Shown piece after piece: positions 39,801 to 52,146 of a DNA stretch of 64,000 nt (position 1 is its first letter; each line of letters begins with the position of its first letter). This stretch comes from Hyalangium minutum (GTDB lineage: Bacteria; Myxococcota; Myxococcia; Myxococcales; Myxococcaceae). Both the position numbers and the translations under genes were made by a program. Location: positions 670,718-734,717 of the forward strand of contig NZ_JMCB01000002.1 of NCBI RefSeq assembly GCF_000737315.1, given 5' to 3'. The notes under the pieces were generated by a model. That model was not told the origin of the DNA. It made no database searches and saw only the letters and a list, made by a program, of their open reading frames with translations.

Positions 39801-41008
39801 CGGTGGGGATGCAGGCAGGGCCGCCGATCGGGAGCGCCTCGGCGCTGGCCCAGGAGACGCGCGCCACGCCCAGCCTCATGGTGGGCCACACCTTCCCCTC
39901 GCTGCGCGCGGCGATCGACGCGGGCATGCTGCTGCGGCCTCGCACGGTGCTGACGCAGGATGAGAACGTCCAGGACGAGCTCGGCCATGCGGTGCGCCTG
40001 GGCGGCATGGTCTCCTCGCTCGGCGAGGGCCTGCGCGGTGAGCTCGCCCTCAACACGCTGGTGCCGCTCAAGCGCCAGGGCTTCTCCGTCGAGATGCTGT
40101 CGGGTGCACGCTGGCCGCTGAGCGAGACGGTGGAGGCGTACGGCATGGGCGGCGTGGGCTTCGGCTCCGCGCCGGGCACTCCGGACTTCCGCGTGCTCTT
40201 CGGCGTCGCCTACGGCCGTGCGCGGCCCGCCAAGGTCGAGCTCGCCAAGTACGAGCCGGAACCCGCGCCGAAGGACTCGGATGAGGACGGCATCCTGGAT
40301 GACGCGGATCGCTGCCCGAACGTCGTGGGCCTGCCCGGCTTCCAGGGCTGCCCGGACCGGGATGGCGATGGCCTGGAGGATGAGGCGGATCAGTGCCCAG
40401 CCGAGCCGGGAGCGGTGGAGCGCCGGGGCTGCCCGCAGAAGGACACGGACGGTGATGGCCTCGTGGACGAGGAGGACGCCTGTCCGACCGAGCCGGGCCC
40501 CGTGGAGCGCCAGGGCTGCCCCATCCGGGATCGCGACAATGACACGGTGGAGGACCGCGAGGACAACTGCCCGGATGAGTTCGGTTCGCCGGACAACCAG
40601 GGCTGCCCGCCGGAGGAGAAGCAGCTGGTCGTCATTCAGCACGACCGCATCAAGATCAATGACACGATCTACTTCAACTTCGACAAGGCGACGATCCAGC
40701 CGCGCTCGTTCCCGCTGCTGAACCAGGTGGCGCGCGTCATCCTCGAGCACCCGGAGATCATCTCGGTGAGCGTGGAGGGCCACACGGACGGCCAGGGCTC
40801 CGCCGATTACAACCGGGGCCTGTCGCAGCGGCGCTCGGAGGCGGTGAGGGCCTACCTCATCAGCAAGGGTGTGGACGCCGAGCGTCTGGAGGCCAAGGGC
40901 TACGGTGAGGATCGCCCCATCGCCTCCAACGCCACCAACGCGGGCCGCGCGGCCAACCGCCGAGTGGAGTTCATCACCCGCTACGGCGTGCAGGAGGGGA
41001 AGCAGTAG
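36887..41008 (+). CDS. Fused surface protein: lipobox, head, Cys-rich repeat, Ig-like, 3 DUF5011-like repeats, HYR, internal MYXO-CTERM, second signal-like segment, beta-barrel, TSP3 x4, OmpA
   Basis: N-half paralogous to 30121-34980 and C-half to 34977-36698, one uninterrupted frame; junction GGGNGCSSTSSG-TM-RKRTQKRGLAVATVLVAATATAQ. Confidence 0.88.
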   Translation: MKLKSLGALLVLAWVASSCGEEVKEPGSDLSPERVRDTRQGARSTNKVLILDSSVSSGNGSREARALRHLDSSVQIDVKTPAEWRAMTAEQFMAYRALIIGDGACQSGTAAFDAAVETRARWGAIVDSNVVLISSDPSHNRTEQLLENALKFVLVDSIQYRTGMYIALGCAYQNAPANTAVDLLEPFGAFSVQGVPGCASTGHIFQMSPVTLSDGLTDGSLEGDGCVARSVFTSYPRNTFAFAAIATGTESTPLPGQQTHIDYWYEPGAETPFMGTPFVLVRGAMATSAGCGGDSNNVPSEEQCDMGDVYNGQPNTGGQNPSATCSFSCRLHWCGDGAVDEGEECDAGSNNGRSGDADGDIGACTSFCKIPNIPLPNRPPVARCRDVTVAATNTCDRPADINNGSSDPDGDDIECTQNSAGPYTIGSHTVTLTCTDPSGDMGMCTATVTVTDSVAPVVTLFGPASETLECVRGVTYEDPGASASDLCEGAMPVTVSGSVNLASPRGYPLTYTARDASGNTGSATRTISVADTKAPVITVTGSDRLSHECGTPFIDPGATASDVCAGTVPVTATQSGSLSQPGTFTISYAAVDPSGNRTTSPTVRTVMVTDDTPPTLVLLGSDKQSYECGTPFVDPGAKASDLCAGDLSGQIVRTGSVDTAKLGSYTIQYSVTDPSQHTVTASRQVSVKDTTPPNILCPEPIVVDLKEGALVNVTPGAAKATDSCSEARVITPTQASFPLGTTPVTYTATDEAGNTASCTTTITVRELSGPGTPSEPPGRGPFDRALMGGGNGCSSTSSGPSSLAVMALGLFAALAFRKRTQKRGLAVATVLVAATATAQVAGVPTFDLELLKLNPSAKGSLLLGTGELMDPGDYRFSLTTHYQKDPLVLYENGTEMGVLVRHRATAHLAAAYGVNKWLEVGAQLPVVFLQRGDDLTGMGVGQPKGGVAAGTPLFNVQFKLLSQREDDMVDLSVGMQAGPPIGSASALAQETRATPSLMVGHTFPSLRAAIDAGMLLRPRTVLTQDENVQDELGHAVRLGGMVSSLGEGLRGELALNTLVPLKRQGFSVEMLSGARWPLSETVEAYGMGGVGFGSAPGTPDFRVLFGVAYGRARPAKVELAKYEPEPAPKDSDEDGILDDADRCPNVVGLPGFQGCPDRDGDGLEDEADQCPAEPGAVERRGCPQKDTDGDGLVDEEDACPTEPGPVERQGCPIRDRDNDTVEDREDNCPDEFGSPDNQGCPPEEKQLVVIQHDRIKINDTIYFNFDKATIQPRSFPLLNQVARVILEHPEIISVSVEGHTDGQGSADYNRGLSQRRSEAVRAYLISKGVDAERLEAKGYGEDRPIASNATNAGRAANRRVEFITRYGVQEGKQ

Positions 41009-41022
41009 CAGGCAGGGGTGGG

Positions 41023-41048
41023 GGCCTGGGCCCTTCGGGGCTCAGGCC
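41023..41048. terminator. Bidirectional UUCG-capped hairpin
   Basis: GGCCTGGGCCC-TTCG-GGGCTCAGGCC between convergent genes. Confidence 0.65.
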
Positions 41049-42814
41049 GCCACGAACTGCCGCTCCACCAGCCGGCGGTACAGGCCGTCCTGGCCCATCA
41101 GCGCGGAGTGGCTGCCGCTCTGGACGATCTTCCCGCCCTCCAGCACCATCACCCGGTCCGCATCCATCACCGTGGAGAGCCGGTGGGCGATGATGAGCGT
41201 GGTGCGGCCCTTCATCAGCCGGTCCAGCGCTTCCTTCACCAGGTGCTCGCTCTCGGCGTCGAGCGCGCTGGTGGCCTCATCAAGGATGAGCAGGCGCGGA
41301 TCCTTCAGCATCGCTCGGGCGATGGCCACGCGCTGCTTCTGGCCGCCCGACAGCTGCACGCCGCGCTCGCCCACCAGCGTGTTGTAGCCCTCGGGGAAGC
41401 GCATGATGAAGTCGTGCGCGTTGGCCGCCTTGGCCGCCGCTTCAATCTCTGCCTGGGTGGCGTCCGCCCGGCCGTAGCGGATGTTGTCCGCGATGGAAGA
41501 GGAGAACAGCAGCGGCTCCTGGGCCACCACGCCGATCTGCTGACGCAGCCACTCCGGGTCCAGCGCCTTCAGGTCCTTGCCGTCCAGGAGAATGTGGCCG
41601 CCCTGCGGGTCATAGAGCCGCCCCAGCAGCGAGGCGATGGTGGACTTGCCCGAGCCCGAGGGACCGACGATGGCCACCGCCTCGCCGGGCTCGATGTTCA
41701 GCTCGATGCCCTGGAGCACCGGCACGTCCGGGCGCGAGGGGTAGGTGAAGCGCACGTCCTGCAGCTGCACGCGGCCCTCGGTGTGGGCAAGGCGCTCGCC
41801 GCCCGACATGGGAATGGTGGGCTGGCGATCCATCAGCTCGAAGACGCGCTCGGAGGCGCCGGCGGCCCGCATGAAGTCCGCCCACAGCTCGGTCAGCGCG
41901 CCCAGCGCGAACGCGACGAACATCGAATAGACGAGGAAGGACGTCAGCCCGCCCACGGTCAGCGAGCCATCCACCACCAGCCGCCCGCCGTACCAGAACA
42001 CGGCCGCCGCGGCTGCGAAGCCGCAGAAGGAAGCCACCGCCATGAAGGTGGAGGACTGGCGGATGCGTCTGCGCGCCAGCTCGAAGGCCCTGTCCACCGC
42101 GGAGCGGTAGCGGGCCACCTCGCTCTTCTCCGCCGCGAAGGAGCGCACCGTGCGCACCCCCGAGAGGCTCTCCTCGGCCACCTCATTGGAGTTGGCCAGC
42201 GCGTCCTGCACCTCCTTGGAGAGCTTGCGCACCCCGCGCCCGTAGAACACCGCGCCCACAGCCACCGGAGGAACCACCGCCAGCATCACCAGGGTGAGCG
42301 CCGGGGAGGTGTAGAAGAGCATCGCGATGCCGCCCAGGGCCTGCACCCCGTTGCGCAGCACCATGGAGATGTTGGCGCTCACGGTGTTCTGCAGCACCGT
42401 GGTGTCCGAGGCCAGCCGGTTGGTGAGCTCTCCCGTCTTACGCTCGTCGAAGAAGGCCACCTCCTGGGACATGAGGCTGGAGAACAGCTTCTGCCGCAGC
42501 CGCGTCACCACGCGCTCGCCGGCCGTGGTGAAGAAGTAGTAGCGCAGCGCCACGGCCACGGACTGGATGGCGAAGATGACCGCCATCCCCAGCGCGATCT
42601 GATCGATCATCGCGCGATCCCTCGCGCCCAGCGCCTCGTCGATGATCTGCCGCATCTTCTGCGGGTACAGCAGGCTCATGCCGCTACCGACGACGAGGAA
42701 GAAGGTGCCCGCGATGAGGGTGCGGGTTTCCGGGCGCGCCAGGCTCAACAGCCGGCGCAGCGTCACCTTCTGGGAAACACGAGACTTGGAGGGCTTGGCG
42801 GGGGGCTTTTCCAC
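41042..42814 (-). CDS. ABC exporter, fused TMD-NBD (ABCB/MsbA/MdlB-like), no peptidase domain
   Basis: GPSGSGKS, LSGGQKQR and ILDEATSALD; start taken at GTG 42814. Confidence 0.93.
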   Translation of the reverse strand: MEKPPAKPSKSRVSQKVTLRRLLSLARPETRTLIAGTFFLVVGSGMSLLYPQKMRQIIDEALGARDRAMIDQIALGMAVIFAIQSVAVALRYYFFTTAGERVVTRLRQKLFSSLMSQEVAFFDERKTGELTNRLASDTTVLQNTVSANISMVLRNGVQALGGIAMLFYTSPALTLVMLAVVPPVAVGAVFYGRGVRKLSKEVQDALANSNEVAEESLSGVRTVRSFAAEKSEVARYRSAVDRAFELARRRIRQSSTFMAVASFCGFAAAAAVFWYGGRLVVDGSLTVGGLTSFLVYSMFVAFALGALTELWADFMRAAGASERVFELMDRQPTIPMSGGERLAHTEGRVQLQDVRFTYPSRPDVPVLQGIELNIEPGEAVAIVGPSGSGKSTIASLLGRLYDPQGGHILLDGKDLKALDPEWLRQQIGVVAQEPLLFSSSIADNIRYGRADATQAEIEAAAKAANAHDFIMRFPEGYNTLVGERGVQLSGGQKQRVAIARAMLKDPRLLILDEATSALDAESEHLVKEALDRLMKGRTTLIIAHRLSTVMDADRVMVLEGGKIVQSGSHSALMGQDGLYRRLVERQFVAA

Positions 42815-42893
42815 GGCGCCCAGCCTAACCCTAGACTGGCAGCGGCGCATCGCTTCGTTCGGAGGGCGGGCGGCCACCCGAGCGGTGGCGTGC

Positions 42894-43760
42894 TCACGAG
42901 GGCATCGTGTCGCGGCCGCGCCAGTCCTGTGTGTCTTGACGCGGAGCGTTCACTCGTACCGAGCCATCCTCGGGAGAGCGGGAGAGCATGCGGACCTCCT
43001 CGGCCTGTACGTGCTCCAGCAGCTCGAGCGAGTGCGTGGCGATGAGGATCTGGACAGGTGGCCGCTCCGATGAGCCCCGGGAGAGCTGCCGGAGCAGTCC
43101 CACCAGGTCTCCCAGGGTGCGCGGAGGCAGCCCCCGCTCCGGCTCGTCGAGCGTCAGCACATCTGGCATGGGCACCTGACACGGCAGCACCAGCAGGGCC
43201 AGCAGCAGGAGCACGCTGTCGGCCACCTGCCATGGGGTGAACCACAGGTTCGGCTGCCACCGGTCCCGGAACCGCAGCTGCTGGGAGCGGGGGCCCGTCG
43301 GCTGGAGGCCTACGTCGCTGATATGCGGCACCCACCGGCACAGCTGGCTCACCACCGCCTCCCGCTGCGGCGGCAGGAGCGAGGCGAACACGCTGGCGAG
43401 GTTGTCTCCGTTGGGGCTCAGCGCCGTGGCCCGGGCCAGGGGAGCATCCGAGCGCAGCGCACCCAACTCCAGCGCCAGCCCTTGAACCGCGAACCCCTGC
43501 ATGGCCCACGAGTCCAACCCTACGATCGGAAACACCCGCCTCTGGTGTTGCCCATCCGAGAAGGTGAACTCCATGGCGATCGGCTTCGTCACATCCAGGC
43601 GCCAATGGTCCGAGTGCTCGCAGGAGATGCGGTACTGCATCCCCTCCAGGATGGACGTCTTTCCCGATCCACTGGGCCCCACCAGCACCGTCAACGGAGC
43701 GAGCTTCAGCTCCACATCCCGGAGGCACCGGAAGTTTTCGAAACGGACCGAGCGAATCAT
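42894..43760 (-). CDS. AAA_21/OLD-like ABC-fold ATPase, degenerate signature, no partner gene
   Basis: IRSVRFENFRCL, GPSGSGKTS, LDEPERGLPP and ILIATHS. Confidence 0.75.
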   Translation of the reverse strand: MIRSVRFENFRCLRDVELKLAPLTVLVGPSGSGKTSILEGMQYRISCEHSDHWRLDVTKPIAMEFTFSDGQHQRRVFPIVGLDSWAMQGFAVQGLALELGALRSDAPLARATALSPNGDNLASVFASLLPPQREAVVSQLCRWVPHISDVGLQPTGPRSQQLRFRDRWQPNLWFTPWQVADSVLLLLALLVLPCQVPMPDVLTLDEPERGLPPRTLGDLVGLLRQLSRGSSERPPVQILIATHSLELLEHVQAEEVRMLSRSPEDGSVRVNAPRQDTQDWRGRDTMPS

Positions 43761-43968
43761 GAGGACCTCTGTGGCTGTCGGACGAAGAACACGCGCTCTC
43801 AGGAACTCATTACAACAAGGTATGATATTTTACTTGGGGCTGGAATTCTCAGCCAGTGCGAGTGGGTGGGTTCAAAATGACCCGGAAGGGGACTTGGGAA
43901 GCATCCACTTCTCGACACTCTGGGGCCCTCCGGCGTTCAATACAGCTGTCATCCTCCCACAAGCTTGA

Positions 43969-47991
<4,023 letters not shown>

Positions 47992-48003
47992 GCCGAGACG
48001 GGC

Positions 48004-49164
48004 TCAGCCCTCGATTCCATAGAACCGGGCGGGGTTGTCCCAGAGGAGCTTGCGCATCGTCTCCTCGGGCAGCACCGAGCGCAGCTCCATCACGTGGTCC
48101 ACGATGTCCTCCCCGTGGTCCGTGTGTGGGTAGTCGGTGCCGAACACCAGGTTGTCCGTGCCGATCATCCGGATGAGCTCCTGGAGGCCCGGCTCGCCGG
48201 GCTCGATGGCGACGACGCAGTGGCGGCGGAAGTACTCCGAGGGCTTCATGCGGACGTTCTCCGACACCTCGCCCTTCATGTACTCGTAGGTGGAGTCCAT
48301 GCGCCACAACCAGTAGGGCAGCCACCCGCAGCCGGACTCGAAGAAGCCGATGCGCAGGCGCGGGTGGCGCTCCAGCACGCCACCCTCGAGGAGGGAGGCG
48401 AGGGCCAACATGGCCTCCAGCGGGTGCGAGGCGGCGTTGTGGGCGAAGCGGGTGGTGAAGCGCTCCGCGCCCGCTGAGGGCAGCCGCACATTGGAGCCCT
48501 CGTGGAGGGCCACACCGATGGAGTGGCGCTCGCAGGCGGCCCAGAAGGGCTCGTAGGCGGGGTGGCCGAGTGTTCGGCCATTCACGGGGTTGGGAGGGAC
48601 GGCCACGGCCTTCCAGCCAAAGCGGGCCAGGCGCTCCACCTCGCCCGGCAGCACCTCGGGCTCGTGCAGACACAGGGCGCCTACGGCCCGGAGGCGCTGA
48701 GGGTTCGCGCTGCAGAAGTCGCGCAGCCACGCATTGTAGGCGCGGGCGAAGGCAGTGGCCCGGGTGGGCTCCATGCCGTCGATGCGCAGAATGAACAGGG
48801 CCATGGTGGGGAAGAAGCAGGCGGCATCCATCCCCGTCTGATCCATGGTCCGCAGGTGGTGCGAGGGGCTGACGGTGGACTCATAGGCCACGGTCCGCTG
48901 CGCGGCGGCCCAGGCCATCTCCACCTGGGTCCGCTCGGAGAGCCGCTGCCACGCGGGCTGCCCATCGATCATCAACGTGGGAGTGATGGGCAGCATCCCC
49001 TTGGGCCCCAGCCGCGCCACACGCTGCTCCAGTGTCTCCTCGGGAGCGATGAGTTGTTCGTAGGGGGCGCCCGCCCGGTACTCGGGGGGCAAATACTCCT
49101 TCCACATCTCGATGGGCTCAATGACATGGCGGTCCGAGTCCACCATCCGCAGTCCTTCACGCAT
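48004..49164 (-). CDS. Amidohydrolase_2 family metalloenzyme
   Basis: VDSDRHVIEP, ALHEG, FFESGCGW and FGTDYPHTD; 8 nt after the YcaO gene. Confidence 0.88.
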   Translation of the reverse strand: MREGLRMVDSDRHVIEPIEMWKEYLPPEYRAGAPYEQLIAPEETLEQRVARLGPKGMLPITPTLMIDGQPAWQRLSERTQVEMAWAAAQRTVAYESTVSPSHHLRTMDQTGMDAACFFPTMALFILRIDGMEPTRATAFARAYNAWLRDFCSANPQRLRAVGALCLHEPEVLPGEVERLARFGWKAVAVPPNPVNGRTLGHPAYEPFWAACERHSIGVALHEGSNVRLPSAGAERFTTRFAHNAASHPLEAMLALASLLEGGVLERHPRLRIGFFESGCGWLPYWLWRMDSTYEYMKGEVSENVRMKPSEYFRRHCVVAIEPGEPGLQELIRMIGTDNLVFGTDYPHTDHGEDIVDHVMELRSVLPEETMRKLLWDNPARFYGIEG

Positions 49165-49172
49165 GGGAGCAC

Positions 49173-51383
49173 CTATAAGAGGAAGGGAACAGGGTTGAGC
49201 TGCGCCTCGGTCAGTGGGCGGGAGAGCCAGCCCATCTTCACGGGGATGTCATAGAGGCGCCCCGGGCCGAAGCGCGGCCAGAAGTGGCGCAGCCCGGGCA
49301 CGGTCACCTTCGCCACGTGCAGGCCCACGTCCGGCCGGGTCAAGTCCAGTACCAGCGTCTCCAGGCCCACGCGGGCCACGCGGGCCACGCACTCGCGCAC
49401 GTCGTCCCGGATGTCCGCCAGGGCGGGCTTGGGGAAGTCCGCCATCGTCTTGAGCGGCACCGTCTCGTCCGGGTGGAGATAGGACTCATCCACCATCCCG
49501 TACTCGTCCCACGGGGACTTGAAGGTGTCTCGCGGATCAAAGATTTGATTGAACTCGGTGATGGCTCGCTGGAGCGCGATGCGCGCATCCAGGTGGGCCC
49601 CGAAGCCGATGCAGTACTGCTGGGTCTTCGTCGAGCGCCCCACGGCGACGAACGTGGGGATGTTCAAGTCATGCGTCAGGTCCAGCGCCCACACCTTCCA
49701 GTGGTGGGAGTGGTAGTGCTCGCGCAGGGCCTGGAAGTACGGCTCGTGGAAGCTGTCGAGATCCACTCCGGGCCGGCGCAGGCAGTTGTACCACCAGAGG
49801 CAGGACGCATCCCGCTCGGCCAGCTCCAGCAGGCCCTGGAGGATGGCCTCCTCCAGGCAGTTGCCGGCCGCATGGCCATTGGAGTCCTGCGGGCAGAAGT
49901 TCTCCTCGCGGGGAATGGGGTAGCGGTTGTAGCAGTACGCGGTGGGCAGGTACTTGCGGCGCTCGTGCGTGAGAGACCAGACGGGCGTCCAGTCCACCTC
50001 GAGCCGCTCGTCGAAGGACACGGGGATGTCCCAGTAGTGCCGGTGGAACTTCTTGTTGAGCTCCACGCGGTTCCGGTACTGCGTCTCGCTGAAGTGCAGC
50101 ACCTCGCGCGGGTGGATGGCGTCCGCGCCCAGCGTCTCCAGGCGCGAGGAGAAGCGGGGCTCGTCTCCCTGGAACAGGGAGCTCCAGCGTTCGATGCCCT
50201 CGCCGAGCGCGCTGGCGCGAGACTGGGCGAAGGTGCGGCCCTTGCCCAGGGTGATGGAGTGGAACTCGGTGTAGTGGGGCGTCCGGGCGTGAGCCGGGCT
50301 GAAGTACGAGGCGGCGAAGACGGGCCTCAGCGCGTGGCTGCGAGACGCGAGCGGCGCCAGGTTGCTGAGCACGCCGGTGATGGGGCTGATCTGCGGCTGG
50401 AGCCGAGCGAAGGTCGTCTCGGGCGTCACGGTGCGAAAGCCATTGTCCTCGGTGAAACCGCGAGGCCGGGGCTCCAGCACGATGGGCCGCTCGGCGCGAG
50501 CCTTCAGGATGCCCGCGTCTCCGCAGGCCGCGCACTGTGGGCGCCGCACCACGGGGTGCTCGGTGAGCTGGAAGCGGCTCAGCTCCAGTGCCACGAGTGA
50601 CTTCTCCAGGGAGCCCTGCTGGCCCTGGGCGATCCAGCGGGCCAGGGCCATGGCGGCCAGCTGCAATCCCGCCTGATGGCTCGAGGGGAGCTCCGCGCGG
50701 GGGAGCGCAAGGGGACGCGAGGCTTCGACGCGTCCGCGCAGGTATGACTCCACGGGCCGGTTCCATGCCAGGCGTTGCGAAAGGCACGCCCAGCACGGCC
50801 CCTCACCCGGGCGGAACACCGGCCCCATCCACGGCGTGGCACCCGAGGGCTTCACGAGCATCCACGGCTCACGCCGCTCCAGCGCCTGGCGGTTGAACGC
50901 CTCCAGCTCCGGTGACAGGTAGTCACGTACGAGGACGACACGAAGCGGTGCGCCTTCGCGAATCGTGAGCCCCGCTCCTTGCAGCGCTTGAATGAGAGGC
51001 TGCGGATCCAAGCCCTCCAGCGCGTGCACGGACACGGGCGAGCGGGCCAGCCGCGAGACGGCCTCGGCGGGAGCCACCCCCAACGACTGCCAGAGGGCCG
51101 CGGCTTCGCTCGGAATGCCGGGCGTGGCCTCGATGAGATGGCCCTGCTTCTCCAACTGCGCCACCGCGTAGAGCACCTCGGGCGCGGAGACCTCCCTCTC
51201 GAGCGCGGAGATGACGTCTTGCACGGAGCGGTGGCCGTCCAGCTTCGCGGCCACGAGCACCTGGACCCGCCCCGACAGCATGAACTGCTCATGCTCTCCC
51301 AGGACGAAGGCCCGCTCCCGGTCGAGGGCTTCGAAGCGGAGATGCGCCTTGAACTGCATGACACGATTGAAGGGATCGCTCAT
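49173..51383 (-). CDS. Fused TOMM cyclodehydratase (RRE + E1-like + YcaO)
   Basis: GPCWACL...RRPQCAACG, GKG..AQSRASALGEGIER, SNGHAAGN, ELAERD and Pro-rich C-terminus PVPFLL. Confidence 0.93.
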   Translation of the reverse strand: MSDPFNRVMQFKAHLRFEALDRERAFVLGEHEQFMLSGRVQVLVAAKLDGHRSVQDVISALEREVSAPEVLYAVAQLEKQGHLIEATPGIPSEAAALWQSLGVAPAEAVSRLARSPVSVHALEGLDPQPLIQALQGAGLTIREGAPLRVVLVRDYLSPELEAFNRQALERREPWMLVKPSGATPWMGPVFRPGEGPCWACLSQRLAWNRPVESYLRGRVEASRPLALPRAELPSSHQAGLQLAAMALARWIAQGQQGSLEKSLVALELSRFQLTEHPVVRRPQCAACGDAGILKARAERPIVLEPRPRGFTEDNGFRTVTPETTFARLQPQISPITGVLSNLAPLASRSHALRPVFAASYFSPAHARTPHYTEFHSITLGKGRTFAQSRASALGEGIERWSSLFQGDEPRFSSRLETLGADAIHPREVLHFSETQYRNRVELNKKFHRHYWDIPVSFDERLEVDWTPVWSLTHERRKYLPTAYCYNRYPIPREENFCPQDSNGHAAGNCLEEAILQGLLELAERDASCLWWYNCLRRPGVDLDSFHEPYFQALREHYHSHHWKVWALDLTHDLNIPTFVAVGRSTKTQQYCIGFGAHLDARIALQRAITEFNQIFDPRDTFKSPWDEYGMVDESYLHPDETVPLKTMADFPKPALADIRDDVRECVARVARVGLETLVLDLTRPDVGLHVAKVTVPGLRHFWPRFGPGRLYDIPVKMGWLSRPLTEAQLNPVPFLL

Positions 51384-51631
51384 GGTCAGTTTTGAACTTT
51401 AGCACTGAATAGCGCCTGGGCTCTTGGGGGTCAGCTCAGACCCGCGTGGAGCGGCGGCGAATTTTCAGCTGGCTTTGAATTCGTGAAAGGAATGAAGGCA
51501 AGGAATTGCGTCTTTACTCGGGTCGAGTCAAAGCATGACAAGTGAAATGTTAGTTTTTGATGAGACATTGTGTTAATAAAAGGGCGGCCGCCAGCATTAC
51601 CCCCAGCGGCCGCTTGAAAGAGAGGGACGTC

Positions 51632-51970
51632 GTGATCACGAGCCACAACATCACCGCAAACTCGACCCAGCAGTTCGGGAAGATCTGGCCGCAGTGCGTC
51701 GCACGGGCCTGGCAGGACGTGGAGTTCCGCGAGTCGCTGAAGCGGGATCCCGTGGGGACGCTCCGTGAGGCGTACCAGTTCGCCTTCCCTCAGGGCGTCA
51801 AGGTGGAGATCGTCGAAGGCAGCGACGAGCTCCATGCCGCTCCGGCGGACACGCTGCGGATGATCATCCCCCCTCCGCCGTCGATGGACGCGCAGCAGGT
51901 GGCGCTCACCGACGTGGAGAAGGGCATGGTGAACGCCCGGCCGTTCAGCCACCACAGCTTCACGACCTGA
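51632..51970 (+). CDS. TOMM precursor peptide with nitrile-hydratase-like leader (BMA_0021/TIGR03795-like), 112 aa
   Basis: VARAWQDVEFRESLKRDP leader, IIPPPP and C-terminal PFSHHSFTT; GAGGGA RBS, GTG 51632. Confidence 0.85.
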   Translation: MITSHNITANSTQQFGKIWPQCVARAWQDVEFRESLKRDPVGTLREAYQFAFPQGVKVEIVEGSDELHAAPADTLRMIIPPPPSMDAQQVALTDVEKGMVNARPFSHHSFTT

Positions 51971-51985
51971 GCCGCCGTATCCTCC

Positions 51986-52007
51986 CATGCTCGACGGATA
52001 GAGCATG
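51986..52007 (+). terminator. Intercistronic stem-loop after the precursor gene
   Basis: CATGCTC-GACGGATA-GAGCATG. Confidence 0.45.
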
Positions 52008-52146
52008 AAAGGGTGTTCTCGAGAGGAGACAGAGCATCGTCGCCGTCTCATGCGCCGCTACGGGTCCCCCTCCCCCCTCCCCCGTAGTTCCTTGGCCGCA
52101 TGGCCCCTCGAGAAATCTGCCCCCGCTTGCAGGCCACAAGGCAGCC

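Noticed and set aside
30121-41008. Calling these genes traA and traB
   Set aside because: No PA14-like head or long TraA-type Cys-rich stalk was recognised; similarity is architectural, so no symbol was assigned.
51396-51404. Half CIRCE-like TTAGCACT before the YcaO gene
   Set aside because: The second half-site is absent.
52005-52146. Second small precursor ORF between precursor and SagB
   Set aside because: No leader similarity, no convincing RBS and no Ser/Thr/Cys-rich core.
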